From Malacoraja senta (lineage: Eukaryota), in contig CM075989.1 in assembly GCA_038087875.1 (NCBI GenBank), forward strand, positions 4,092,001-4,156,000: a DNA stretch of 64,000 bases, written 5' to 3'. The notes under the pieces were generated by a model. It worked only from the letters and a program-made list of their open reading frames with translations. It did no database searches and was not told where the DNA came from. A program made the translations under genes and the position numbers. Below, in pieces: positions 50,801 through 62,580 of this stretch; the stretch's first letter is position 1, and the number at the start of each line of letters is the position of its first letter.

Positions 50801-51540
50801 CTTTGCCTCGTCATTCATGTCCTTGACACACTTGGCAAGGTTCTCTCCGAAGAGTAGGTTGGCCGGCTGTATGTTGCTGGGCTGGAAAAATACTGCAATC
50901 TTGGAATTAATGGTGGGGCGAATGGCACTTTCCCTGAGACAATTTATCTCAAAAATGGGTGCTACAAAGCAACCCTAGTACCTCTTGATGCGTCTCTGAC
51001 ACATGCCCTCCATCCACCGTTCTCGCGAACGCCGTGATTCCTGAGCCAAGTAATTTCAGGATTCTCTGCAGCTTCATCTCCTGGGCACTGCACGCCCACG
51101 CCCATCTGGCTCCATATCACCCGGTTCACTGCTGGCACCTTCAGCAACTCGCAGTTACCCCGGTCTCTTGGTGATTCCAGACTCTGACTGGACAGCGAAT
51201 CGAAATGTCAGAGATGGGAAATCTGACAACGGCCATCTTCGCTTTCCCAGTGGCACTCCACACTCTGATGGGACAGCGAATCGTGCTGCCAGAGAATGGA
51301 CCTCTGACAACGGCCGTTCTTCGCTAGTCAACAAGTCTCCGTCAGAGTCGGGTCAGAACTGAGCTGACCCTCTGCAAGCACCTTTTTAATGAGGGTGCTA
51401 TCCAGCAGCCTCTATATCGTGAAGGCCAACTCTTCTCCCAGTGGCACTCCATACTCTGACGGGACAGCGAATCGTGCTGCCAGAGAATGGACCTCTGACA
51501 ACGGCCGTTCTTCGCTAAGTTCCAAGTCTCCGTCAGAACT
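47543..51540 (-). mobile_element. Degenerate DIRS1-like tyrosine-recombinase retrotransposon, 5-prime truncated
   Basis: Minus-strand order: gag-like, RT (MAYLDDILITG), RNase H (IWAWC...AIYLPG...ADAKSR), MT-like (YIFP...LVIPNWPNQAWF), YR N-terminus (WRKSTQKGY...LSYSTIN). Terminal/ICR inverted repeat at the 3-prime end. Confidence 0.88.
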
Positions 51541-52539
51541 TAGCTATCCACACCGACCATCGATCACCCGTTCACATTAGTTCTATCTTATCCCATTTTC
51601 TCACCCTCTACCTACGCGCTGGGGGCAATTTTCAGAGGCCAGTTAACCTACAAACTCGCACGTCTTTGGGAAATGAGAGGAAGCTGTAGCATCTGGAGGA
51701 AACCAATGTGGTCACAGAGAGAATGTGCAAACTACACAAAGACAGCACCTGAGGCCATGATTGAACCTGGGTCGCTGGCGCTATGAGGCAACAGCACTAC
51801 CACCTTGGCACGGTGCCATGTGCACTTTTTGTTCATCTAACCTGACCTTGAGGTGCTGTCCTTGGCCGTTTCAGAGAAGAAAAATCAAATGTGTCACCTT
51901 GTACAAACTTGAAAATTACTCTGTACTTATTGAGCTGTGTAATTGGAGTCGCTAAGGAATGACTGACTTCTTCTTCGTTGTTGGTTTGATCATTGCTGTG
52001 AAGGTAGAAAATTTGAAAGAACTCAGAAAATAATACTCAGCAGATTAGAAATGTACAAGTTTTCTCATTATACATCTTATTGTTTTAGTAGACGATAGAC
52101 ACAAAATGCTGGAGTAACTCAGAAGGACAGACAGCCTCTCTGGGAGAGAAGGAATGGGTGACTTTTTGGGTCGAGACCTTTCTTACCTAACCACACCATA
52201 TGGGCAGGGAAGGCACCAGAAATACAAACGGAAAAATACTGTAAAGTTATTATGTCAGGTAGAATCTGCGGAAAAAGAAACAAAGAATGTTTCAGGTTGA
52301 AGACCCTTTACCTCCAACTTGAAAATGTAACTCCTTCAAATGTTTCTCCTTCCCCAGACGCTGCCTCACCTGCTGAATGTTCCTGGCATTGTCTGTTTTT
52401 ATTCCAGATTCTGCAGCATCTGCTGTGCTTTTCATTTTTCAAGGAAGTCCCAGGTTGCATTCTCTGCCTCTGCTGACCCCGGCTATTAGTGGGTGCAGAA
52501 GGCTTATACTGCAAGTGATCATGAGGGGAATAGATCGAG

Positions 52540-52935
52540 CAGATGCACAGAATCTCTTGCCCAATGTCCAGCAGCAGATGGAGCTACGAGAAGAGACGGT
52601 TGCCCACGTCTTTGCAGAGTGTGGATTTGCGAAGAGAGTCTGGAGAAGGATGCAAGGTTCTTTGTCACGGTTTATCCCGAACAGCTCTGATCTACGGGCT
52701 GGTCCCGGGGACACATTCAGAGACGGATGTCATGTGCTGCAGGAAGATCATCAACTCGGTGAAAGACGCCCTTTGGTCTGCCTTAAACTTGTTGGCCTCC
52801 CAGCAGAGCGTGATGTCTGTCGGGGAATGGTGCTGACTGGCCCGCTCTAGACAGCAGGAGTACATGCTGAGGGATGCACTAAAGCTCTCTGCAGCCAACG
52901 CCAAGGCTCTGTGGGGAAGGACCACAGTCTAGGCT
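52540..52935 (+). mobile_element. Tx1/L1-clade LINE ORF2 C-terminal fragment (second copy about 27480-27910)
   Basis: ETVAHVFAECGFAKRVW zinc-knuckle-like motif; homologous copy near 27540-27700. Confidence 0.7.
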
Positions 52936-53726
52936 GATGTGTCCTCTCGTGATAATAGTCCAATGACCCCTGCTGTCATGTGCAGGTTTTAGTTTAGTCT
53001 AGTTCAGAGATAGAGCATGGAAACACTCAGGCCCTTTGGCCCACTGAGTCCATGCCTACCAGCGATCCATGTACACTAGCACTATCCTACACACACTAGG
53101 GACAATTCACAATTTTAACGAAGCTAATTAACCTACAGACCTGTGGAGTGTGGGAGGAAACCGGAGATCCTGGAGAAAACCCATGCATTCACGGGGAGAA
53201 CGTACAAACTCCATACAGATAGCACCCGTAGTCAGGATTGAACCCAGGTCTGTGGCGCTGTGAGGCAGCAACTCTACCAGCTGTACCACTGTGCCGCCCT
53301 ATTCTTGGTGAAGATGAGGAAGCTGGTGCAGGGAAAGAGATCCTTTAATGTATGCTTATTGTAACAGCAATAACACGGCCCTACAGTAAAACGTTCCACT
53401 CCATCCTTGAGACCCTGTAGTATTTGTGCAGGTCGAAAATCCTCTCTGAAAATATCAATGAAATGGGGGATGTTCCAGTTGGCTGTTCTGTGGCCATCTT
53501 TTAAATGCTAAGCAGGGATAAAGTCTTCCGTGATTATGGATGCATCATATCCTACCCTCATCTCATTTGATCTCCATGAATATTTACAGACAGTGGTTTT
53601 AAAACAGTGATACTGACCGGGAATCAGAGGATGCTGAGGACAAGTACAGACCCGCTCATAAGATCATGTGAAAGGAGCTGAATTAGGCCATTCGGCCCAC
53701 CGTCTCCTCCCCCATTTAATCATGGC

Positions 53727-54285
53727 TGAACTTTTGGTCCCCTAATTTGAGGAAGGACATTCTTGCTATTGAGGGAGTGCAGAGTAGGTTTACAAGGTTA
53801 ATTCCCGGGATGGCGGAACAGTCATATGCTGAGAGAATGGAGCGGCTGGGCTTGTACGCTCTGGAGTTTAGAAGGATGAGAGGGTATCTCATTGAAACAT
53901 ATAAGATTGTTAAGGGCTTGGATACGCTAGAGGCAGGAAACATGTTCCCGATGTTGGGGGAGTCCAGAACCAGGGGCCACAGTTTAAGAATAAGGAGTAA
54001 GCCATTTAGAACGGAGACGAGGAAACATTTTTTCTCACAGAGAGTGGTGAGTCTGGGGAATTCTCTGCCTCAGAAGAATTCTCTGCATCAGGTGGAGGCA
54101 GGTTCTCTGGATGCTTTCAAGAGAGAGCTAGATAGGGCTCTTAAAAATAGCGGAGTCAGGGGATATGGGGAGAAGGCAAGAACAGGGTACTGATTGGGGA
54201 TGATCAGCCATGATCACATTGAATGGCGGTGCTGCCTCGAAGGGCCAAATGGCCTACTCCTGCACCTATTTATTGTCTATTATCT
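53727..54285 (+). mobile_element. CR1 3-prime fragment
   Basis: RKDILAIEGVQSRFTRLIPGM...SRTRGHSLRI, followed by the CR1 3-prime UTR. Confidence 0.88.
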
Positions 54286-54479
54286 ATCTCTCCCTACTAA
54301 CCCCATTCGCTTGCCTTCTCCCCATAATCCCTGACACTAGTACGAGTCAATCATCTATATGTCTCTGCCTTAAAAATATCCATTGACGGCCTTCCCAGCC
54401 TTCGGTGGCAATGAATTCCACAGATTCCTGACGAAACGGTCCTCACCTGAACCCTCCTAAAGGGTCCTGACTAAAGCCC

Positions 54480-55900
54480 TCCTGCCTCTCACAGCGTTTT
54501 GGATCCGTATCGCACCCACACTGCCACTGAGAAGTGTTGGCGGCGGTGGGAAGCCGGAATTGATACAGGGAACGGTTTTAAAATTCCCGATTCACATTCA
54601 GCACATGTAATTGGATTTCAGTTGGAGAGCATCACATCTTGAATGGCAGCACAGTAGCAACAGCCCTGCTTTATTAAGCGGATGGTGACAGGCTAAGTCT
54701 CAAGTCTGTCTATCAGTGGGATTTTGCCTGGCACCAGTGTGACATTCTGTGCCTACTCTTAAGCGATGTACATGGCTTTTGTTTTTTTTTTTTTTTTTAA
54801 AGAAGGGGGAAAAATGATTTCGCAGCCCTGCTCTTAGTCTCCCGGCAACAGAAGGCGCCGGGGCTGAAAATGAAGTCACCACGCTGGCACAGTCTCTGCA
54901 TGGTAACCATGGCACCTGGTGTGCCCGCTGGTGGCATTGCAATCCCATACCACACATCGGGGCGACCCATTCAGCCGGCCTGCCAGTTATAAGATGCAAA
55001 CAAGGGAGGCTAGCCCTCAACCAAATCAATTCAATTAAGCATTAATGAACTGAAAGGCCCATGTGTGTCATGGGTTTCACCCAAACCAGGGGGGCTGCGC
55101 ACACTCACACACAAAGTAAAACAAAAATAAGAAAGCGCATTAAAATCGGACAAGATGAATTTCCTGCCTTTTGAATCCCATGTCAGCGTTAGGTAACGTG
55201 TTCATTTAATAATTTTTATCGCAAAGTTTGTGAGTTTGCTGCTGTCGGCTGTGTGATTCGTCCCGATCACAGCGGCAGTTTCAGGGGTAGAACAATAAGG
55301 TGGGTCTGGAGTCTGTGTGAAACTGTGCCTCTATTGTGGGTTTTACAGTACTTGGTGGCCGATCAACAGCTCTCTGTATGTCTACCCAGCCTCATTTGCA
55401 TGAAGCCATTCTCTGCTGAACAGACCCATTTGGCATTGTTTCAGCTCTGCCTCAAAGTCCCATGAAGCTGCCAGATGGGAGCTTTATTTCCAGACTTGCT
55501 TTCTCACGAGAATTTATAGGGGCATCACAGTGAGAGTTTTTTTTTTTTCCATATTGCAAATCGGGGTGATACAGAATTAAGGGAGCCCTCAGCCAATAGC
55601 CGCCACTTGGAGCACCTCATTTATACACAGTGCAAGTCCTTGCTTCCTGTCTTGCTATCACACCCCCTCCCAACAGACAAGGTGAGGGGGTCTCGGCTGA
55701 TTTTCAGCTGCAACGATCCTAGCCGGCTGATCATGGGCTGTGGGGTTATTCAACAACCTCAAACACGTCCCTCGATCCTAATTGTCCACATGCAGTGCAC
55801 TAACACACACGCTCATTAATAAGGGCATTTGGAGAGTCACCAGCTTTAGGAGCTCTGGTCAACCTCACCTGCCCCTGTCCACTTCTGAACCCTGGATAGT
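54480..55900. promoter_or_regulatory. Candidate conserved non-coding element / enhancer block
   Basis: About 1.4 kb with no recognisable repeat in a repeat-saturated region; clustered TAAT/ATTA and Sox-like AACAAT motifs. Confidence 0.35.
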
Positions 55901-56489
55901 TTCCCTCTTCCCATTCCCATGCCAGTTATAAAGAAATAAATTACACTTATGCGGGGGTCTTTCATGGCTTCAGTAAATCCCAAAGTGCTTCACACCTAAT
56001 TAAACACATTTGAATATTTGACATTGATGAAATACAAAGGCCAATTTTGACATGCCCAAGTCCCACAGATAGTGGTGAGGTAATAACCTGCCAACCTGTT
56101 TTAATGATGTTGGTTTTGCAGTGAGGATTCGTCGGGACCCTTGCCTTACACCCTGCTGGGGATCTTTTGACAGCTGAAACTGTGGTTTAATATTGCATCT
56201 GTAATGCAGCTCCACAGAAAATGCAGCTTTTTCCTGCGCACTGCGCCAGTAGAGCAGTTGGAATCTTGTGTTGCACGGTGGCGCAGCTGGTGGAACTGCT
56301 GCCTCGAATGCCAGGGCCCCGGGTTCAATCCCGACCTTGGGTGCTGTCTGTGTGGAGCTCACGCGCTGTCTCCGTGACCATGCGAGGGTTTCCTCCGGGT
56401 GCTCCGGTTTCCCCCCAGATGCCAAAGACGTGTGGCTTTGTAGGCCAATTAACCTCTGTAAATTGCCCCTCCTTTGTAGGGAGTGGGAT

Positions 56490-56620
56490 CTTCTTCTTCT
56501 TGCGTATGGCGTGCACAGCCTAAAGTTGTAGGACAACTTGTTCTATTTGATCTTATTTGATTGTGCATGCCAGGTTGATTGCATTCGTCGAAACAGGTGA
56601 AGGTTGCAATCTCCCACCCC
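56490..56620 (-). mobile_element. Short retroposon 3-prime end with (GAA)n tail inserted in a SINE
   Basis: 12-bp TSD AGGGAGTGGGAT at 56478-56489 and 56621-56632. Confidence 0.75.
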
Positions 56621-57399
56621 AGGGAGTGGGATAATACAGAATTAGTGTGAAAGGGTGACCAATGGACAGCATGGACTTGGTGGGCCAAAGGGCCTGTTTC
56701 CATGCTGTACCTTTCAATCAATTCAATCAATCAATAAGGTAGACGCAAAAAGCTGGAGTAACTCAGCGGGACAGGCAGCATCTCTGGAGAGAAGGAATGG
56801 GTGACGTTTCGGGTAGAGACCCTTCACTGAAAACAAAATATTCAGACTGAAGAAGGGTCTGAAGGTTACTTGGCTTGGTGTAAAGATGTAAATTGTCCCT
56901 AGCGTGTGTGTAGGATAGTGTTAATGTGCGGGGATTGCTGGTCGGTGCAGGCTCGGTGGGCCGAAGGGCCTGTTTCAGCGGTGTATCTCTAAACTAAACT
57001 AAACTAAAAAAAGAACATCATGTGGAACAAAATGTATTCCTCAAGGCATTAAAAAAACTGAGATGAATTACTTACTCTGGACTGCAAAAACTCCACGAAC
57101 CTGTGATCAAGGTGAGATCTGAACATCGGAATGGGCCATGTTTACATTACCAGTTGCTAGGAGACTGCTGAATTCTCCAGGCAGAGTAAGTATCTCAGCT
57201 TTATTTGTATCACCTTACTCACAACATACATCCAATGAATATTCTGTTTTCAATGTTGTCAGAAGTGCGCTTAGCAAAGAGACGGGCCAAGCAACTTGAG
57301 AAAGGGAAGGGCTTATCCACACCCCTATCTTTTCCTACTGGAAGTTTGGTAGATTACTGAGAAAGTCACCAGTCCATGATATGAAGAATAAAATAGTTT

Positions 57400-58185
57400 T
57401 CTTGCATCTAGCTTGTCCAGTCCTTTTATAATTTTATATGTTTCTATAAGATCCCCCTCATCCTTCTAAACTCCAGTGAATACAAGCCTAGTCTTTTCAA
57501 TCTTTCTTCATATGACAGCCCCGCCATCCCAGGGATCAATCTCGTGAACCTACGCTGCACTGCCTTAATCACAAGGATGTCCTTCCTCAAATTAGGAGAC
57601 CAAAACTGTACACAATACTCCAGATGTGGTCTCACCAGAGCCCTATACAACTGCAGAAGAACCTCTTTACTCCTATACTGAAATCCTCTTGTTATGAAGG
57701 CCAACATTCCATTAGCTTTCTTCACTGCCTGCCGTACCTGCACACCAACTTTCAGTGACTGGTGTACAAGGACACCCAGGTCTCGCTGTACCTCCCCCTT
57801 ACCTAACCTAACCCCATTGAGATAATAATCTGCCCCCTTGTTTTTGCCGCCAAAGTGGATAACCTCACATTTATCTATATTATATTGCATCTGCCACGCA
57901 TCTGCCCACACACTCAACCTGTCCAGTTCACCCTGCAATCTCCTAACATCGTCTTCACGGTTCACACTGCCACCCAGCTTTGTGTCATCCGCAAACTTGC
58001 TAGTGTTGCTCCTAATTCCCTCTTCCAAATCATTAATATATATGGTAAACAGTTGCGGCCCCAACACCGAGCCTTGCGGCACTCCACTCGCCACTGCCTG
58101 CCATTCTGAAAAGGACCCGTTCACTCCTACTCTTTGCTTCCTGTCTGCCAACCAATTTTCTATCCATGTCAACACCCTACCCCCT
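57400..58185 (-). mobile_element. CR1 RT fragment (open 243 aa)
   Basis: GVPQGSVLGPQLFTIYIND...KFADDTKLGG...RPHLEYCVQFWSP. Confidence 0.9.
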
Positions 58186-61100
58186 GGTGACAGAAATCCT
58201 TATCACGTTAGGAATGTACTTGGTATACATTAATAAGGACAGCACCTCATTTTTTGCTTGGGCAGCTTACAGTGCAGCGGTATGAACGTTGATTTCTCTA
58301 ATTCCAAGTAACTCCCGCATTCCTTCTTCCCCTCTCCCCCACCCTGGTCGTCCTGCTAGTTCCACTGTTCACATCCTTGTATCCTTTTCGTTAGCATATC
58401 TTTCCCAGCCAACAATGGACCATTATGGACTCCACCCTTCCCGAGGCCATCTGTTGCCGACCCTGTTTTGTTCTGGCCATTTCTCACCTCGATCTTTCAG
58501 TCCGAAGAAGGGTTACGACCCGAAACGTCACCTATGCTTTTTCTCCAGAGATTGCTGCCTGGCCTGCTGAGTTACTCCAGCATTTTGTGTCTATCTTTGG
58601 TATACATTAGTCTACATGGACCAAGATTTGTGAACTGGGATTAGGTGTGGGTTATGACCACTGTCTGCTATTATGTTCACTGTCCCTTTGATCTTCCAAA
58701 TAATTGTTTAACACATTGAAGGAACAGGCAAGAAGGACAGTTCACACCAGCCCAACGTTTAACGTGGAACAGTACAGCCCAGGAACAGGTCCTTCAGCCC
58801 ACAATGTCTGCACCGAACATGATGCCAAGATAAACTAATCTCCTCTGCTTGTACATGATCCAGATCCCTCCATTCCCTGCATATCCAAGTACCTATCTAA
58901 AAGCCACTTAAAACACCACTATTGTATCTACTTCCACCACCACCTCTGACAGTGTGTTCCAGGCACCACCACTCTCCATGTGAAAAACCTTGGGTCGCTC
59001 ATCTCCTTTAAACTGTACCCCTCTCGCCTTAAAGCTGTGCTCTTTGGTCTTTGACATTTTTACCCTGGGAAAAGGTTCCAACTGGCTACCCTATCTATAC
59101 CCCTCATAACTTTATATGTTGTGACCGGGTCTCCTCTCAACCTCCAGCGTTCCAGAGAAAACATTCTAAGTCTGTGCAACCTCTCCTTGTAGATAAGACC
59201 CTCTAATCCAGACACCATTCTGGAAACCGTCTTCTGCACCTTCTCCATAGCCCCCATATCCTTCCAGTAATGGGGCAGCTAGAAATGCATGCAATACTCC
59301 AAATGCAGCCTCACCAACGTCTTATACAGCTGCATCATGACTTTCTGTATTATATCCATTTAGAAAGAGCCTAAAATTCTTCCAAGAGTATTCAGATTTA
59401 GTTTCCATTTTGATTCTGGGGATTTTATTCCCCAAGGCTCTGCGTAAATATCCATTGCATTTACTGTCAATCTATAGGTATGATATATATCCCATTCCCA
59501 TAATGATTTTCCTGTCGTGGGTCTCCTCCATTGTCAGAGTGAGGACAGACGTAAATTGGAAGAACAGCACCTGATATTTCGCTTGGGTAGCTTACACCCC
59601 AGCAGCAGGATCTTGATTTCTTTAATGTCAAGTAACCCTTCCTCTACATCACTCTCCCACGGTAGTCATCCTGCTAGTTTCACTGTTCATATCCCTTTGT
59701 TATCACCTCCTTCACAACCAACAATGGACCATTGTGGGCTCCGTGGCTATCGATGCCGGCTCTGATTTGTTCTGTACCTTTTCCTACCTCTAGTTTCCCT
59801 CTTCCCTGACTCTCAGTCTGAAGAACAGTCTCGACCCGAAACGTCACCTATTCCTTTTCTCCAGAGATGCTGCCTGACCCGCTGAGTTACTCCAGAATCG
59901 TGTGTCTATCTTATAAGTATAAAACATTGCTTGTAGGAGATCTACATTTGGCTCACTATTTCTGTCACCTCTTGTAGCTCAACAATCCTCAATAATTCTG
60001 GATTCTTCAATTATGGCTTCACAAATGCCCCAGTTTTCGTCACATCACTACTGGTAGCCATGTCTTCAAAAGTTTGGACTGAGCTCTGAAATTTCTCCCT
60101 AATAAAGGGGTTGGCTTCTTGATCTTCCAATAACCATTACGCATGTTAATGATACACACCGATCTGTATGAGATTGATCTGTTGAATGTACGACTTGGAA
60201 AGTATTCCAATTTAAATTCCTGTTTAGAGACTTGCTGGGTTAAATGTCATTTTAAGATGTTCCTCCAAACCTGATAACATTATCAATCTTCAGATCATCT
60301 GTCCTAATGTACCCTTTTATATCTCTTTTATCATGTATCAGTGGCACTGTTGGTAGAGCTGCTGCCTCACAGCACCAGAGACCTGGGTTTGATCCTGACC
60401 TCAGGTGCTGTCTGTGTGTGGTTTGTACGTTCTCGCTGTGACTGTGTAAGTTTCCACCATGTGCTCCAGTTTCCTCCCACATCCCAAAGACATGTTTGAA
60501 GGTTAATTTGCACTCTGTAAATTGCCCCTAGTGTGTAGGGAGTGTACGAGGAAGTGGGATAACATAGAACTGGTGTGAATGGGTGATCGATGGTCGGCGT
60601 GGATTCGATGGGCCAAAGGGCCTGTTCCCATGTTAAATCTTTCAATCAACTCACTCAATCAGAATGGAGATCGTTGCCTATTTAATATAATGTTGTCATT
60701 CTCCTTTGGATGAATCATTTGCTTCAGATGCTTTAGGAATTATTCGGTGCCAATATATTGTGATAGAGCCTTACAGTACAGAAATAGGCCCTTCAGCCCA
60801 GCGAGTCCATGTTAAACATCAAGCACTTATTTACGCTGATCCTGTATTAATCTCATTTTATTCTCCCTGCATTCCAATCAATTTCCCAGACCCTAACACT
60901 TTCTTCCACTCGAAGGATAATTCACAATGTCCAATTAATCTACCAACCAGAGGAAACCCATGCAATCACAGAGAGAACATGCAAACTCCACACAGACAGC
61001 ACCCGAGGTCAGGATTGAATCCATATCACTGGCTGTACCCATTACACTGCCCATGATAAGGAGTAAAATTAGTATACTTAATATTATATAAGAGCTTACT

Positions 61101-61692
61101 TAAAGTTGCCCAGGTCTGAAACTCATCCATTCTCAACATCAATTGCAATGTTCTGGGTTGGGACCCTTCATCAGACTGTTGACCTGAACACATAGGTGAG
61201 GTGATGACCTATAAACACCGCCTGTCCATTCCTTCCACAGGTACTGCCTGAGCCACTGAGCTCCTCCAACAATTGGTGTTTTTGCTCAGGATTCCAGCAT
61301 CCGCAGTTCCATGAGTTTCCAGTGAAATCCTCAGCTGAATGGGGACAAAGACCTCACAAGTTCTATTGAATATACCTGGGACAGCTCCTGGATGTTAGCA
61401 GAGACCCACTCCACCCTCTTCACCAATTGCGTCTTGCATCCAACTATCCAATGATAGTCAAGAGTGCTTTATTGGCATATGTTCCAGTCAGAACAATTAC
61501 ATTCTCACTTGCAGCAGCGCAACAGAATATGTAAACACAGTCTCTGTGAACAATATAATAAAAGAGAAAACATATATATACATATGCACACACACCACAC
61601 ACACTGCAGATGCCGGATTAAACTGAAGATATACACAAAATGCTAGAGTAACTCAGCGGATCAGGCAGCATCTCTGGAGCGAAAGAATGAGT

Positions 61693-61720
61693 GACGTTTC
61701 GGGTCGAGACCCTTCTTCAG
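61693..61720 (-). ncRNA. Hammerhead ribozyme core, consensus copy
   Basis: Minus strand reads CUGAAGA-A-GGGUCUCGACCC-GAAA-C-GUC, with palindromic ACGU at helix III. Confidence 0.7.
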
Positions 61721-61737
61721 ATATATATATATATATA

Positions 61738-62580
61738 CTAGACTAAGTGGGACCCGTTGGGTCCCAGCATTACATGGGAGGGCAGGTCCCCCAACGCAAT
61801 ATTGCACCTCTCCACCAATTCCAATTGGGGGGGTGCTTTCTAGAGCGCTAGTATGGGTGTTGTGGACTGAAGGGACTGGTTTCCAGAGGGCTAGTATGGA
61901 CATTGTGGGCCGAATGGATTCTTGGGCTGGCGGCTCAGTCACTCAAGCCTGTTGTGCTGGCAGCTCACTCACTCACGGTTGGTGGGCTGGCAGTTGACTC
62001 ACGGCTATTCCTTGAAATTCCATTTCAAGCAGGGTGCAAGGCCACCAAATTTATGTGCAGTTTCTTACCACTTCAAGCAGGGTGCAAGGCCACCAAATTC
62101 AAGTGCAGTTTCATACCATTTCAAGCAGGGTGCAAGGCCACTAAAGACAGCGAGTCATGACCTCTCCATCTTGCAGAGGATCACGCCCACACTTCTGGGT
62201 TTTATAGTCCCTCCCCCCTCCCACCAGAAGGGGCGTGGCCTTCATGGCATGATTGACAGGAGAGAGAATCTCAACATTTTTTAACACTAATAACTATATT
62301 ATTTTTCATCGATGGGAAAAATCCTCAGCACCTGATGAGCGGAGGGGGACTCCGGGAAAGACGGCCAAAAATCACAGCCGTATGTGGTAGCGTTTTTTCT
62401 AAAATCAATATAAAGCGCAAACAGGATGTGGTCAAGATTAGACTTATAATTATTTAGAAGGCAAGGCAACTTTAATTAGGCAAGGCAACGTTAATTAGGC
62501 AAGGCAACTTTAATTAGGCAACACAGCTTTAGCATTTCCAAACCAAAGGCAACACAGCTTTAGCATTTCCAAACCAACGG
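61738..62580 (-). mobile_element. Non-autonomous Helitron-like element
   Basis: 3-prime terminus GGGACCC-AAC-GGGTCCC-ACTTAGTCTAG|T next to (TA)n. Possible TC 5-prime start near 62458. Internal repeats of about 48 bp and 19 bp. Confidence 0.7.
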
